Of a DNA stretch of 28,679 bases, positions 9,164 to 19,418 are shown one piece after another. The DNA comes from Thermotogota bacterium (GTDB lineage Bacteria > Bipolaricaulota > Bipolaricaulia > UBA7950 > UBA9294). The notes beneath the pieces were generated by a model that saw nothing but the letters and a program-made list of their open reading frames with translations, was not told the DNA's origin and searched no databases. The position numbers and the translations under genes are program-made. Position 1 is the stretch's first letter. Every line of letters begins with the position of its first letter. The stretch lies in the NCBI GenBank assembly GCA_039679545.1, contig JBDKUT010000054.1:1-28679 (forward strand). The letters run 5' to 3'.

Positions 9164-9522
9164 AACTGCAATCCTCCCTTGCGACACTCCTCCGCAAAGG
9201 CCGAGACCACACCGTGGTACGGGTGTCCGCCGCGGTCGAAAACCACCGCTCGCACTCCGGCCTGTCCCGCTCGCTCGACGAGCAGGGCCGCGACCCGAAC
9301 CGCCGTCTTGGCGTTCGGCCCCGTTACCTCACCGCGCAGGCTGGGATCGAGCGTCGACGCCTGCGCCAGCGTGCGGCCAGCGCTGTCGTCGATGATCTGC
9401 ACGTACAGGTGACGCAACGTCTTCGTGATGCACAAGCGGGGTCTGTCGCTGGATCCGATAACCTGCTTCCGAATCCGGCGATGCCGCTTCTGCCTCTCCA
9501 GAGCCCGGTTCGACCTCGCCAT
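9160..9522 (-). CDS. rplR: 50S ribosomal protein L18
   Basis: RPRL, QIIDD, VFDRGGHPYHG, GLQF. Confidence 0.96.
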   Translation of the reverse strand: MARSNRALERQKRHRRIRKQVIGSSDRPRLCITKTLRHLYVQIIDDSAGRTLAQASTLDPSLRGEVTGPNAKTAVRVAALLVERAGQAGVRAVVFDRGGHPYHGVVSAFAEECRKGGLQF

Positions 9523-9534
9523 CCTTCACACTCC

Positions 9535-10092
9535 CTAGGCGCCGCTGGCACCCGGACCGCCGAGCTTGCCGGCCTTCTGCACGACAACCTCGTCCTTGTA
9601 GCGGATGCCCTTGCCGTCGTACACGTTCGGCTTCCGAAGCCGCCGAATCTCCGCGGCGACCTGCCCGACGCTCTGCCGGTCGGCGCCTCGGATGACGATC
9701 TCGTTCGGATTGGGCAGCTCGGCCTCGATCCCTTCGGGCAGCTCGTACTCCTTCGGCGACGAGTAGCCCAGATCGAGGATGACCTTGTTCCCCTGCAGCC
9801 GCCCGCGGTACCCCAGCCCCCGGATGAGGAGCGCCTTCTGCCACCGCTCCGAGACCCCTTTCACCATGTTCGCAAGGAGACTCCGGTACAGCCCATGGTA
9901 GGCGCGGTAGGTCTTGCCCTCCTTGCGCCGGGAGACGGTGGCCACGCCGTCACCGACGGCGATCTCCACCATGTCAGGACGGTAGTCCTGCGTCAGCCGT
10001 CCATGCTTCCCCTCAACGGTGAACGTCGCCGCCGTGACGGTAACCTTCACCCCTGCGGGGATTGCGACGGGTACCTTTCCGACCTTCGACAT
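9535..10092 (-). CDS. rplF: 50S ribosomal protein L6
   Basis: MSKVGKVPV, NMVKGVS, GLGYR, YDGKGIRY. Confidence 0.96.
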   Translation of the reverse strand: MSKVGKVPVAIPAGVKVTVTAATFTVEGKHGRLTQDYRPDMVEIAVGDGVATVSRRKEGKTYRAYHGLYRSLLANMVKGVSERWQKALLIRGLGYRGRLQGNKVILDLGYSSPKEYELPEGIEAELPNPNEIVIRGADRQSVGQVAAEIRRLRKPNVYDGKGIRYKDEVVVQKAGKLGGPGASGA

Positions 10093-10104
10093 TTCGACAT
10101 CACC

Positions 10105-10512
10105 CTACCAAATCTCGCACAGAACTTCGCCGCCGATGCCGCGTTCCTGCGCCTCCCGTCCGGAGAGGACGCCCTGGGACGTCGACACGATGCAGATCCC
10201 CATGCCGCCAAGCGGCCGAGGGATCTCGTCCTTCGCGGCGTACACCCGACGGCTCGGCCGGCTCACGAGCTGAATGTCGCTGATCGCCCGAGTCGCCCGG
10301 TTCCGCTCTCCCCTGTACTTCAGGCGAATCCGGAGCTCCGGCTGCGGCTCCTTCTCCACGACCTCGTAGCTGGCGATGTAGCCTTCCTTCACCAGGATCT
10401 CGGCAATGGCACCCTTGAGCTTCGAGTGCGGCATCGCCACGTCGTCGTGGAACCGCGCGTTCGCGTTGCGGATGCGCGTCAGCATGTCGCCAATCGGATA
10501 CGGAATCATCAT
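10105..10512 (-). CDS. rpsH: 30S ribosomal protein S8
   Basis: PIGDMLTRIRNA, EGYI, STSQG, GGEVLCEIW. Confidence 0.97.
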   Translation of the reverse strand: MMIPYPIGDMLTRIRNANARFHDDVAMPHSKLKGAIAEILVKEGYIASYEVVEKEPQPELRIRLKYRGERNRATRAISDIQLVSRPSRRVYAAKDEIPRPLGGMGICIVSTSQGVLSGREAQERGIGGEVLCEIW

Positions 10513-10518
10513 GTCCTC

Positions 10519-10704
10519 CTACCAGCTCGACTTCATGACTCCCGGAATCTCGCCCTTGTGGGCAAGCTTGCGGAAGCAGAGTCGGCAGATTCCGAAGTCC
10601 CGAATGTAGGCGTGCGGACGCCCGCAGAGCGTGCACCGGTGATACTTCCGGACGGAGAACTTCGGCGTCTCGTTGCACTTGTTGATCAGCGCTTTGCTTG
10701 CCAT
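10519..10704 (-). CDS. rpsN: 30S ribosomal protein S14, short zinc (type Z) form
   Basis: 61 aa; RCTLCGRP...CRLCFR...IPGVMKSSW. Confidence 0.97.
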   Translation of the reverse strand: MASKALINKCNETPKFSVRKYHRCTLCGRPHAYIRDFGICRLCFRKLAHKGEIPGVMKSSW

Positions 10705-10713
10705 CCTCGCCCC

Positions 10714-11247
10714 CTAGTCGTTGAACGCCAGCCCGAGCGCCTTGAGGAACGCATACCCCTCGCGGTCGTCCCGAGCCGTCGTTACGATGGTAATGTCCAT
10801 GCCCTGGGTCTTGACGATCTCGTTGTACTCAATCTCCGGGAACGTCAGTTGCTCCGTCATGCCGAGGGTGTAGTTGCCGCGTCCGTCGAACGAGGACGAC
10901 GACACACCGCGGAAGTCGCGGATGCCGGGGAGGACGACGTTGAAGAGTTTGTTCAAGAACTCGTACGCCCGCTCGCCTCGCAACGTCACCTTGCACCCAA
11001 TCGGGTCTCCGGCCGTCAGCTTGAAGTCCGAGATGGACTTCTTCGCCTTGGTCACAATGGGCTTCTGACCCGTGATCTTCGCGAGGTTCGCCACGGCACC
11101 CTCGAGGACCTTCGGGTTGTCCTTCTCCACGACGCCCATGTTGATGACGATCTTCTCGACCCGCGGAAGCTCCATGACGTTGGAGATTCCGAGCTCCTGT
11201 CTCAACTTCGGAGCGATCTCTTTCGCGTATCGTTCACGTAGCAGCAT
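10714..11247 (-). CDS. rplE: 50S ribosomal protein L5
   Basis: KIVINMG, ITGQKP, KVTLRG, RDFRG, FDGRGNY. Confidence 0.96.
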   Translation of the reverse strand: MLLRERYAKEIAPKLRQELGISNVMELPRVEKIVINMGVVEKDNPKVLEGAVANLAKITGQKPIVTKAKKSISDFKLTAGDPIGCKVTLRGERAYEFLNKLFNVVLPGIRDFRGVSSSSFDGRGNYTLGMTEQLTFPEIEYNEIVKTQGMDITIVTTARDDREGYAFLKALGLAFND

Positions 11248-11558
11248 CACTCGAAGGTCTCCCCACACTGCTTGCACTGCCGCATCTTCTTCCCGTCAAC
11301 GTCGACGAACGCGATCCGCGTCGGCTTGTCGCACTCCGGGCAGACCGGCAGGACGTTCGAGATGTGAATCGGCCCTTCCCTCTTGATGATTCCCGGCTCG
11401 CGCAGGTTCTGCGTCGCACGCTGGTGCTTCGTGATCATGTTGATGTTCTCAACGATGATCCGGTTCTTCTCGTCGAGCACGACCAGGACCTTGCCGGTCT
11501 TCCCACGCTCATCCCCCGCAATGACCTGAACTCGATCGCCCTTGCGCACTTTTCTCAT
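11247..11558 (-). CDS. rplX: 50S ribosomal protein L24 with C-terminal CxxC...CxxC
   Basis: KOW motif [23 protein letters not shown]...CKQC. Confidence 0.96.
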   Translation of the reverse strand: MRKVRKGDRVQVIAGDERGKTGKVLVVLDEKNRIIVENINMITKHQRATQNLREPGIIKREGPIHISNVLPVCPECDKPTRIAFVDVDGKKMRQCKQCGETFE

Positions 11559-11567
11559 CGCAACCCC

Positions 11568-11936
11568 CTACAGAACCTCGGGCGCAAGCGAGATGATGCG
11601 CATCATCTTCTTGTCGCGCAGCTCGCGAGCCACCGGACCGAAGACACGGGTCCCGATCGGCTCCCCCTGGGCGTTGATCAGCACGATCGCGTTGTCGTCG
11701 AAGCGAACGTACGTCCCGTCCTTGCGGCGGTACGCCTGTCGCGTGCGGACGATCACGCCGCGGACGATCTGCCCCTTCTCGATGTCGCTCGTAGGAAGGC
11801 GCTTCCGCACGGACCCGACGATGATGTCGCCGATCTCGCCGATGCGGCGGTTCGACGGACCCAACACGTTGAAGCAGCGGACGACCTTCGCGCCGGAGTT
11901 GTCCGCCACCTTCAACATCGTCTGCATCTGGATCAT
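11568..11936 (-). CDS. rplN: 50S ribosomal protein L14
   Basis: [42 protein letters not shown]. Confidence 0.98.
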   Translation of the reverse strand: MIQMQTMLKVADNSGAKVVRCFNVLGPSNRRIGEIGDIIVGSVRKRLPTSDIEKGQIVRGVIVRTRQAYRRKDGTYVRFDDNAIVLINAQGEPIGTRVFGPVARELRDKKMMRIISLAPEVL

Positions 11937-11938
11937 GG

Positions 11939-12184
11939 CTACTCCTCCGCCTTCTCGACGACCTCGACCAACCGCCACCGCTTCGTCCGGCTCAGCGGAC
12001 GACACTCCTCAATCCGGACGAGGTCTCCGACGCCCGCTTGCTCCTGCGGATCATCGGCGTGGAACTTGAAGAAGCGGCTCACGTGCTTGCGGTACTTCGG
12101 GTGAAGGCGACGCTCTTCGACACTCACCACGATGGTTTGGGTCATGCGGTCGCTCACGACGCGACCCGTCTTCATCTTCCTCAT
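11939..12184 (-). CDS. rpsQ: 30S ribosomal protein S17
   Basis: [23 protein letters not shown]. Confidence 0.97.
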   Translation of the reverse strand: MRKMKTGRVVSDRMTQTIVVSVEERRLHPKYRKHVSRFFKFHADDPQEQAGVGDLVRIEECRPLSRTKRWRLVEVVEKAEE

Positions 12185-12381
12185 CGCCCCGCCTCCCGCC
12201 CCTTCTGCGCGGCCACCGTCATGACGCGGGCCACGTCCCGGCGCGTCTTCTTCAGCTCGGCCGAGTTGTCGAGCTGCCCGGTCGCGCGCTGGAAACGGAG
12301 GTTGAACAGCTTGCGCTTCAGCTCGCGCTCCTTGTGCTCCAGCTCGGCGAGCGTCAACTCACGCAGTTCTCCCGCCTTCAT
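12181..12381 (-). CDS. rpmC: 50S ribosomal protein L29
   Basis: [19 protein letters not shown]. Confidence 0.96.
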   Translation of the reverse strand: MKAGELRELTLAELEHKERELKRKLFNLRFQRATGQLDNSAELKKTRRDVARVMTVAAQKGREAGR

Positions 12382-12809
12382 ACCTCTCCTCCAAGAACCG
12401 TTCTCCGCTTCAGCCTCGTCCGGACCGGAAGCTTGTTGCCCACCAGGTAATGAACTCGCTTCGCCTGCTCTTCGGTAAGGCCGGAGATCTCAAACAGCAC
12501 GCTTCCGGGACGCACGACAGCGACCCAGTGATCAACCGGGCCCTTCCCTTTTCCCATTCGCGCTTCCGCCGGGTGTTTCGTGATCGACTTGTCGGGGAAG
12601 ATGCGAATCCACAGGCGCGCGCCGCGCTGGGTCGTACGAGTGATCGTCGTGCGGCACGCCTCGATCTGCGCCTGCGTGATCCACGCGGCCTCGAGCGACT
12701 GGATCCCAAAGTCGCCGAAAGCGATCTGGTTGCCCCGCGTCGCCTTTCCGGTTCTGCGGCCGCGGTGCATCTTCCGGTACTTCGTTCGCTTGGGGAAGAG
12801 GAGCGCCAT
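12378..12809 (-). CDS. rplP: 50S ribosomal protein L16
   Basis: [23 protein letters not shown]. Confidence 0.97.
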   Translation of the reverse strand: MALLFPKRTKYRKMHRGRRTGKATRGNQIAFGDFGIQSLEAAWITQAQIEACRTTITRTTQRGARLWIRIFPDKSITKHPAEARMGKGKGPVDHWVAVVRPGSVLFEISGLTEEQAKRVHYLVGNKLPVRTRLKRRTVLGGEV

Positions 12810-12810
12810 G

Positions 12811-13464
12811 CTACTTCACCTCGTCTCGACGCGTCTTGGGGGACCGCTCGCCGCGGAACACCCATGCCTTCACGCCGATGTTGCCGTACTTCGTCCGTGC
12901 CTCGACCAGACCGTAGTCGATGTCCGCGCGCAGGGTCTGGAGGGGGATACGCCCTTCCTTCATCGTGATCGAGCGGGCGATGTCCGTGCCGCCGAGTCGG
13001 CCGCTCGTCTTGATCTTCACGCCCTCCGCCCCGGCACCCATTACGCGACGGATCGCCTCTTTCATGGCACGAGCGGGCGCGGTTCGGTTCTCGATCTGGA
13101 TCGCGACGTCTTGCGCGATCAGGCGGGCCTCGAGATCCGGCCGTTCGATCTCCTGGATCGAGACCTTGACGTTCCGATGCGTCAGGTCTTCGAGCGCCTT
13201 CTGGAGCAGCTCGATCTCACTCCCACCGCGGCCAATGATGATCCCGGGCCGCGCCGATCGAATCACGATCGATACGCGGTCTTCCTTTGACCGCTCAATG
13301 TTCACTTCGGCGACCGACGCACGCCGGTACCGGTCGAGGATGAGATCGCGAATCCTCTTGTCCTCCGCGATGTACTCCGGGGCGAGCTTCGGGTTGTACC
13401 AGTTCGAAACCCACTTTCGAGTGACCCCGATGCGGAAGCCGACCGGATTGATCTTCTGGCCCAT
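12811..13464 (-). CDS. rpsC: 30S ribosomal protein S3
   Basis: MGQKINPVGFR, RPGIIIGRGG, SGRLGG, PLQTLRADIDY. Confidence 0.98.
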   Translation of the reverse strand: MGQKINPVGFRIGVTRKWVSNWYNPKLAPEYIAEDKRIRDLILDRYRRASVAEVNIERSKEDRVSIVIRSARPGIIIGRGGSEIELLQKALEDLTHRNVKVSIQEIERPDLEARLIAQDVAIQIENRTAPARAMKEAIRRVMGAGAEGVKIKTSGRLGGTDIARSITMKEGRIPLQTLRADIDYGLVEARTKYGNIGVKAWVFRGERSPKTRRDEVK

Positions 13465-13805
13465 TACGCACGCCCCTTGTCGCCGACGACGATCGTGATG
13501 TGGCTCGTCGCGTGGCGGATGATGTCCGCCCGTCCGTACGCACGGGGCTGCATTCGGCGGAGAGCCCGTCCCATATCCACGGTCGCCCGTACGACGACGA
13601 GCTGATCGACGTCTACGTCGAAGTTGTTCTCCGCGTTCGCGATCGCCGATTCGAGCGTCTTGCGGATCGGCTGTGCCGCCTTCTTGCTCGAGAGGCGGAC
13701 GATCTTGAGCGCCTCGTTCACGTCCTTACCTCGGATCGCATCGATCACGAGGCGAGCCTTGCGCGGCGACATGCGAACGAATCGTGCCACTGCCCGTGCT
13801 TCCAT
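13464..13805 (-). CDS. rplV: 50S ribosomal protein L22
   Basis: SPRKARLVID, SAIANA, PRAYGRA, TSHITIVV. Confidence 0.97.
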   Translation of the reverse strand: MEARAVARFVRMSPRKARLVIDAIRGKDVNEALKIVRLSSKKAAQPIRKTLESAIANAENNFDVDVDQLVVVRATVDMGRALRRMQPRAYGRADIIRHATSHITIVVGDKGRA

Positions 13806-13812
13806 ATCTCTC

Positions 13813-14097
13813 CTAAGTCAGGCCTGGCGCCTTTTTCTTCTTCATTCCACCGTGGCTGCGGAACGTCCGCGTCGGGGCGAACTCCCCGAGCTTGTGTCCC
13901 ACCATGTTCTCGACAATGGACACGGGGAGATGGAGTTTCCCGTTATGCACCTTGATCGTCAGCCCCACCATCTCGGGCGTGACCATCGAGGAGCGCGACC
14001 ACGTCTTGATCTCGGTCAAGTCCCCCCGCTTGGCCTTCTGAACCTTCTCAAGAAGGCTCTCCTCGACGAAGGGGCCTTTTCTGGTTGATCTCGGCAT
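13813..14097 (-). CDS. rpsS: 30S ribosomal protein S19
   Basis: [25 protein letters not shown]. Confidence 0.98.
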   Translation of the reverse strand: MPRSTRKGPFVEESLLEKVQKAKRGDLTEIKTWSRSSMVTPEMVGLTIKVHNGKLHLPVSIVENMVGHKLGEFAPTRTFRSHGGMKKKKAPGLT

Positions 14098-14105
14098 GAG
14101 GCCTC

Positions 14106-14942
14106 CTAGCGGCTGCCCTTTCCGGCTCGGCGGACGATCAGCGCGTTGCTCTGCTTCTTTCGTTTTCGCGTGCGCCCACCCTTAGCCAGCTTGCCCGTCG
14201 GCGAAACCTTCGGTCCTCCGACGTGTCCGCGCCCTTCGCCACCGCCGTGCGGATGGTCTACCGGATTCATGGCCGTCCCACGCACCTCGGGCTTCCAGCC
14301 GAGGTGCCGTACACGCCCGGCCTTGCCGTGCTTCACGTTCTTGTGGTCGGGGTTCGAGACCTCGCCAATCGTTGCTCGGCAGTCGGTCCGGAAGATGCGA
14401 ACCTCTCCCGAAGGCAGCCGGACGTGCGCCCGGTCACCCTCCTTGCCGATCAGCTTCGCCGACGTCCCCGCCGAGCGAGCGATCGCGCCGCCGCTCCGCG
14501 GGTAGAACTCCACGTTGTGGATCACCGAGCCGAGCGGAATTCTCGACAAGGGAAGCGCGTTGCCCACGCGGACTTCGGCGTTCTCGCCCGCCTCTACCAT
14601 CGCGCCGACCTCAAGTTCCACCGGAGCGAGCATGTACCGCTTCTCCCCGTCGGCGTAGCACACAAGGGTGATCCACGCCGACCGGTTTGGGTCGTACTCA
14701 CGAGAGACGACGCGCGCCGGGATTCCGTCCTTGTCGCGCGAGAAGTCGATGACCCGGTATTGTCTCTTGTGCCCGCCGCCGCGCCAACGAGCCGTGATGT
14801 GCCCCTGGCTGTTCCGGCCGCCGTTTTTGTTCTTCGGGCGCAGAAGGCTCTTCTCGGGGGCGACGGCCGTGAGCTCCTGGTAATCAGGAAGCTCCGCATG
14901 GCGTCGTCCCGACGATGTAGGTTTGTATCGTTGCAGCGCCAT
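14106..14942 (-). CDS. rplB: 50S ribosomal protein L2
   Basis: [35 protein letters not shown]. Confidence 0.98.
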   Translation of the reverse strand: MALQRYKPTSSGRRHAELPDYQELTAVAPEKSLLRPKNKNGGRNSQGHITARWRGGGHKRQYRVIDFSRDKDGIPARVVSREYDPNRSAWITLVCYADGEKRYMLAPVELEVGAMVEAGENAEVRVGNALPLSRIPLGSVIHNVEFYPRSGGAIARSAGTSAKLIGKEGDRAHVRLPSGEVRIFRTDCRATIGEVSNPDHKNVKHGKAGRVRHLGWKPEVRGTAMNPVDHPHGGGEGRGHVGGPKVSPTGKLAKGGRTRKRKKQSNALIVRRAGKGSR

Positions 14943-14945
14943 CGA

Positions 14946-15245
14946 CTATCCTTTCATCATCTCGATGCGATCGCCGGGGGCCAGTCGCACAACAGCCTTC
15001 CGCCACCGCGACGTCTCTCCGTGCAGTTGGTTCATCCGTTCACGTCGAGGTTTCCCTTTGATGTTCGCCGTCCAGACCTTCTCGACCTTGACCTTGAACA
15101 GCTCCTCGATCGCCTTGCGGATCTCGATTTTGTTTGCGCCGAGAGCGACGCGGAACACGTACTTCCGGTCCTCCATCTGCCGCCATGTTTCCTCGGTCAG
15201 GACGGGGGCGAGAATCACATCTTCCGAATGGGCGATCTTAGGCAT
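14946..15245 (-). CDS. rplW: 50S ribosomal protein L23
   Basis: PVLTE, ANKIEIRKAIEELFKVKV, WRKAVVRL. Confidence 0.95.
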   Translation of the reverse strand: MPKIAHSEDVILAPVLTEETWRQMEDRKYVFRVALGANKIEIRKAIEELFKVKVEKVWTANIKGKPRRERMNQLHGETSRWRKAVVRLAPGDRIEMMKG

Positions 15246-15876
15246 GCGAGAGCCTCCCCTGCAGTTCCTCGACCGCGCCTGCCGTGAGCACGAGGTGATC
15301 GTGTCGCAGGATGTCGTAGACGTTGAGCCCGGCCTCGGCGATGCACTTCACGTACGGCAGGTTCGTGAACGACTTGCGCACGGCTCGCGCGTACTCAGGT
15401 CCGCTGACGACGATGAGCGCGTTGTCGCCGACGCCCAAGCGCTCGAGCAAGGCCACCGCCACCTTCGTCTTCGGCTCCTCGAACGCCAGCCGATCGACGA
15501 GGACGACGCGGCCCTCACGGGCCCGATCCGAAAGGGCGGAGACGAGTGCGCCGAACCGCATCTTCTTCGTCATCTTCATCTCGTACGACCGAGGCTTCGG
15601 GCCGAAGGTCGTGCCGCCGCCGACCCACAGCGGAGACCGACGGGATCCGTGCCGCGCGCGGCCGGTGCCCTTCTGCCGCCACGGCTTCTTGCCGCCGCCT
15701 GCGACCTCGCCGCGCGTCTTCGTTGAGGCTGTCCCCTGGCGGCGCTCCGCCATCTGCACGCGGACGACGCGGTACAGGAGGTCCTCATTGACCTCCGCCC
15801 CGAAGAACCGCTCATCGAGGGCCGCCGCCTTCGGCTCGGCCCCTTCCTGGAACGAGTAGACCTTGGCTTCAACCAT
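15238..15876 (-). CDS. rplD: 50S ribosomal protein L4
   Basis: RQGTASTKTRGEVAGGGKKPWRQKGTGRARHGS, GGGTTFGPKPR. Confidence 0.97.
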   Translation of the reverse strand: MVEAKVYSFQEGAEPKAAALDERFFGAEVNEDLLYRVVRVQMAERRQGTASTKTRGEVAGGGKKPWRQKGTGRARHGSRRSPLWVGGGTTFGPKPRSYEMKMTKKMRFGALVSALSDRAREGRVVLVDRLAFEEPKTKVAVALLERLGVGDNALIVVSGPEYARAVRKSFTNLPYVKCIAEAGLNVYDILRHDHLVLTAGAVEELQGRLSHA

Positions 15877-16492
15877 GGCGTTTTCCTAGCTCAAGCAGGC
15901 TTCCTCGAGCGCCGGGCGTCGATCCGCGGACGATCAGCAGGTTCCGCTCCGCATCGACCTTCAGCACCCTCAGGCCTCGGACCGTGACCCGTTCACTCCC
16001 TGCGTGCCCGGGCATCTTTCTCCCCTTGACGACCCACCCCGGTTGGACGTGACATCCAATCGAGCCAACCCGCCGATGGAACTTTGATCCGTGGGCGTCG
16101 GGACCGCCGCTGAAGTTGTGACGCTTCATGACGCCCTGGAAGCCGAGTCCACGGCTCGTGGCCGAAACGTCGACCTTGTCGCCCTCCGCAAAGAAGTCGA
16201 CACCGATCTTGTCCCCCACCTTGTGCTCGCCGATCCGGTCGGTGCGAACCTCGAACAAGTGGCGGTGCGGGGCCACGCCTGCCTTCTTGAAATGCCCGGC
16301 GATCGGGCGAGAGACCTTGCTTTCCTTCACCTCGTCATAGCCCAGCTGCAACGCGTCGTAGCCGTCCTTCTCTTTCGTCTTGACCTGGACGACCGTGCAC
16401 GGCGCCGCCTGGATGATCGTCGCGCCCACGGCGCGGTCATCGACAAACAGCTGTGTCATGCCGATCTTCTTTGCGAGGAGTCCCCGAGCCAT
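15869..16492 (-). CDS. rplC: 50S ribosomal protein L3
   Basis: KIGMTQ, DGYDALQLG, GFQGVMKRH, KMPGHAG. Confidence 0.97.
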   Translation of the reverse strand: MARGLLAKKIGMTQLFVDDRAVGATIIQAAPCTVVQVKTKEKDGYDALQLGYDEVKESKVSRPIAGHFKKAGVAPHRHLFEVRTDRIGEHKVGDKIGVDFFAEGDKVDVSATSRGLGFQGVMKRHNFSGGPDAHGSKFHRRVGSIGCHVQPGWVVKGRKMPGHAGSERVTVRGLRVLKVDAERNLLIVRGSTPGARGSLLELGKRHG

Positions 16493-16511
16493 GCGTCGCC
16501 AACCTCCGTCT

Positions 16512-16820
16512 TTAGAGCTTGATCTCGATGTCGATTCCCGTAGGGAGCTCGATGTCCATCAGAGCGTTGATCGTCTCGGAGGTCGGCTCCTTGATGTCGA
16601 GGAGCCGCGTGTGGATCCGTCGCTCAAAGTGCTCCATCGAACGCTTGTCGATGTGCGGAGAGCGCAGCACTGTGTAGACGCGGCGCTCTGTAGGAAGCGG
16701 AATCGGGCCCGCGATCTTGGCCCGCGTCTCCTTCGCCGACTCGACGATCTTCCGAACCGAGCTGTCGACGAGCTCGTGATCGTACCCTCGCAGCTTGATC
16801 CGGATCTTCTCTCTCGCCAT
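16512..16820 (-). CDS. rpsJ: 30S ribosomal protein S10
   Basis: KIRIKL, GPIPLPT, LRSPH; ATG lies 1 nt after the fusA stop. Confidence 0.97.
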   Translation of the reverse strand: MAREKIRIKLRGYDHELVDSSVRKIVESAKETRAKIAGPIPLPTERRVYTVLRSPHIDKRSMEHFERRIHTRLLDIKEPTSETINALMDIELPTGIDIEIKL

Positions 16821-16821
16821 G

Positions 16822-18897
16822 TCAATACCCTCTGCTCTTGATGATTTTCTCCCTCGACCCATCCGGGACCACGGCGTAGCGAGCCACCTTCAGCGAATAC
16901 GTTGCCCGCCCCTGGGTCAGAGAACGCAGCCGAGTCGCGTATCCGAAGGTTTCCGCCAGCGGGATCGAGACCCTCAGAATCTGGATCATCTCCCGCGAGC
17001 GGAGCTCCTGAATCTCGCCCCGCCTGCGCGCCAGGTCCTCCATCACTTCACCCAGGTACCCGCCGGGCGTGATGACCTCTCCCTCGAGAATGGGCTCGAG
17101 CAGGTCAAACACACCCAGGCTGTACGCCGTGCGCAACGCAGAAGCCGTCGCAGCGCGGAACGCAAGCTCGGACGAGTCTACCGGATGATAAGACCCACCT
17201 GTTACGGTGGCTCCGATGTCGGCCAAAGGATAACCCGCTAGCGGTCCGTTTGTCAACGTTCCACGAACCGCGCTTTCGATCGCCGTTTCGTAGGCCTTCG
17301 GAATCTCGTCCGACCGGGCGGCAAACGTGTACCGAATCCCGCTTCCCCTCTTCAGAGGCTCCAATCGAAGGATGACGTGAGCAAACTGCCCACGCCCTGC
17401 CGCCTGCTTGGCGAACCGCTCTTCGGCCACGACCGGCTCCCGCAGTGTCTCACGGTACGCGACTTGCGGCGTTCCGACGTTCGCGTGAACGCCCAGTTCC
17501 TCGCGAAGCCGTCGCATGAGAACGTCCAGGTGCAACTCGCCCATGCCTCCAATGATGACCTGGTCGGTGGTCTCGTCGATGCGCACGTGGAATGTCGGGT
17601 CTTCCTGCACGAGTTTGTTCAGGTTCTCGAGCAGGTTCGGAAGCTCTGCCTCCGTCCTCGGCTCTACCGCGGCGAACACGACCGGCTCCGGGAACTGGAT
17701 CTTCTCAAGCAGGATGGGCGCTTGCTTGTCGCACAGCGTCTCACCGGTCGACACATCCTGGGATCCGACGATCGCCACGATGTCGCCCGCAACCATCCGC
17801 TCGAGCTGAGTGCGCCGGTTGGCGTGCATGCGGAAGATCTTCGTGACGCGAAGACCCTTGCCGGTCGATGCGTTGTACGCGTGCCCCCCGGACTCGACGG
17901 TGCCCGAATAGACGCGGACGAAGACGAGCCGGCCGGCGTACGGGTCGGTGACGACCTTGAAGGCGAGAGCGGAGAACGGCGCGTCCGGATCCGCCGGGCG
18001 CTCTTCGTCGCTCTCGACGTCGTGCACCGGGGGAACGTCAAGCGGTGACGGAAGATACCGCACGATCGCGTCGAGCAACGGCTGCACGCCGATCTTCCCG
18101 AACGCCGACCCACCGACGACAGGGATCAGGCCCTTCTCGATGCACCCCTTCCGCAGCGTTCGATGGAAGAGCTCTGCGTCCATGTCGCCCCGGTCGAGGA
18201 ATGCCTCCATGGCCACGTCGTCCACCTCCGCGACGCGCTCGAGGGCCATCTCCCGGTACATCTCGACGGAGTCGCGCATCGCGTCGGGAATGGGGCAACG
18301 CTCCATCTTGGCCCCCTGGGATTCGGGATCCCAAACGACGAGTTTCCGCTCCAAGAGGTCGATGATCCCGACGATCCTCCGATCGACGTCGCGATGGGGG
18401 AGCGAGAGCGGGACGACGCGGACGCCGAGGCGCGCTTCGATCATGTCGAGGGTCCCGGTATAGCTCGACTCGGGGCGATCGAGCTTGTTCACGAACGCGA
18501 TGCGCGGGATCCGGTACCGGTCGGCCTGCCGCCAGACGGTCTCGGACTGCGATTCCACCATCTCGACGCCGGAGAACACCACGACGCCGCCGTCGAGGAC
18601 GCGGAGGGAGCGCTCAACTTCGGCCGTGAAGTCGACGTGCCCTGGAGTATCAATGATGTTGATGCGGTGGTCCATCCACGGACAGGTCGTCGCGGCCGAC
18701 GTGATCGTGATGCCGCGCTCCCGCTCCTGGGCCATCCAGTCCATCTCGGTGTCACCCTCGTGGACCTCGCCCATCTTGTGGATCTGGCCGGTGTAAAAGA
18801 GGATGCGCTCCGTCGTCGTCGTCTTCCCCGCGTCGATGTGCGCCATGATGCCGATGTTGCGCACTCGATCGAGATCGTGGGAATCCGGACTAGCCAT
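16822..18897 (-). CDS. fusA: Elongation factor G
   Basis: [49 protein letters not shown]; 691 aa; follows rpsG. Confidence 0.96.
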   Translation of the reverse strand: MASPDSHDLDRVRNIGIMAHIDAGKTTTTERILFYTGQIHKMGEVHEGDTEMDWMAQERERGITITSAATTCPWMDHRINIIDTPGHVDFTAEVERSLRVLDGGVVVFSGVEMVESQSETVWRQADRYRIPRIAFVNKLDRPESSYTGTLDMIEARLGVRVVPLSLPHRDVDRRIVGIIDLLERKLVVWDPESQGAKMERCPIPDAMRDSVEMYREMALERVAEVDDVAMEAFLDRGDMDAELFHRTLRKGCIEKGLIPVVGGSAFGKIGVQPLLDAIVRYLPSPLDVPPVHDVESDEERPADPDAPFSALAFKVVTDPYAGRLVFVRVYSGTVESGGHAYNASTGKGLRVTKIFRMHANRRTQLERMVAGDIVAIVGSQDVSTGETLCDKQAPILLEKIQFPEPVVFAAVEPRTEAELPNLLENLNKLVQEDPTFHVRIDETTDQVIIGGMGELHLDVLMRRLREELGVHANVGTPQVAYRETLREPVVAEERFAKQAAGRGQFAHVILRLEPLKRGSGIRYTFAARSDEIPKAYETAIESAVRGTLTNGPLAGYPLADIGATVTGGSYHPVDSSELAFRAATASALRTAYSLGVFDLLEPILEGEVITPGGYLGEVMEDLARRRGEIQELRSREMIQILRVSIPLAETFGYATRLRSLTQGRATYSLKVARYAVVPDGSREKIIKSRGY
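17227..17256 (-). promoter_or_regulatory. Possible internal sigma70 promoter inside fusA (TTGACA-N18-TATCCT) facing rpsJ
   Basis: Perfect -35 at 17256-17251 and a TAnnnT -10 at 17232-17227, in a stretch of A/T-ending codons. Confidence 0.35.
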
Positions 18898-18950
18898 CGA
18901 CGTCCCCTCTCAGCGGGACGCGGAGACGAGCGGAGCGCGAAGCGGCGGCT

Positions 18951-19409
18951 CTACCATCGGTAGTGCGCGAACGCCTTGTTGGACTCGGCCATCCGATGCG
19001 CGTCGAGCCTCTTGTTGTACGCTTTCCCTTCTTTGCGGGAAGCATCGAGGATCTCGCCGGCGAGCCGCTCGGCCATCGTGTGCTCCCCCCTCGCTCGGGA
19101 GAAGGACACGAGCCAGCGCAACGCCAGGGCAATCTGCCGGTCGGCCGGAACTTCGTAGGGAACCTGGTAGTTCGCGCCGCCGACGCGGCGAGTGCGAACC
19201 TCAAGACGCGGCGAGCAGTTGGCGAGCGCCTCGTTGAAGACGTCCAGCGCCGGGGTGTTGCTTCGCTTCTCGACAAGCTCGAGCGCGTCGTAGACGATCC
19301 GCTCCGCGGACGCCTTCTTCCCGCTCAGCATGGTGTAGTTGATGAGCTTCGCGAGGAGCTTGCTGTTGTATCGAATATCAGGCTTGAGGTCGCGCCCGGG
19401 GAGTTTCAT
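18951..19409 (-). CDS. rpsG: 30S ribosomal protein S7
   Basis: GKKASA, RRVGGANYQVP, HRMAESNKAFAHYRW. Confidence 0.97.
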   Translation of the reverse strand: MKLPGRDLKPDIRYNSKLLAKLINYTMLSGKKASAERIVYDALELVEKRSNTPALDVFNEALANCSPRLEVRTRRVGGANYQVPYEVPADRQIALALRWLVSFSRARGEHTMAERLAGEILDASRKEGKAYNKRLDAHRMAESNKAFAHYRW

Positions 19410-19418
19410 CGTGTCTCC

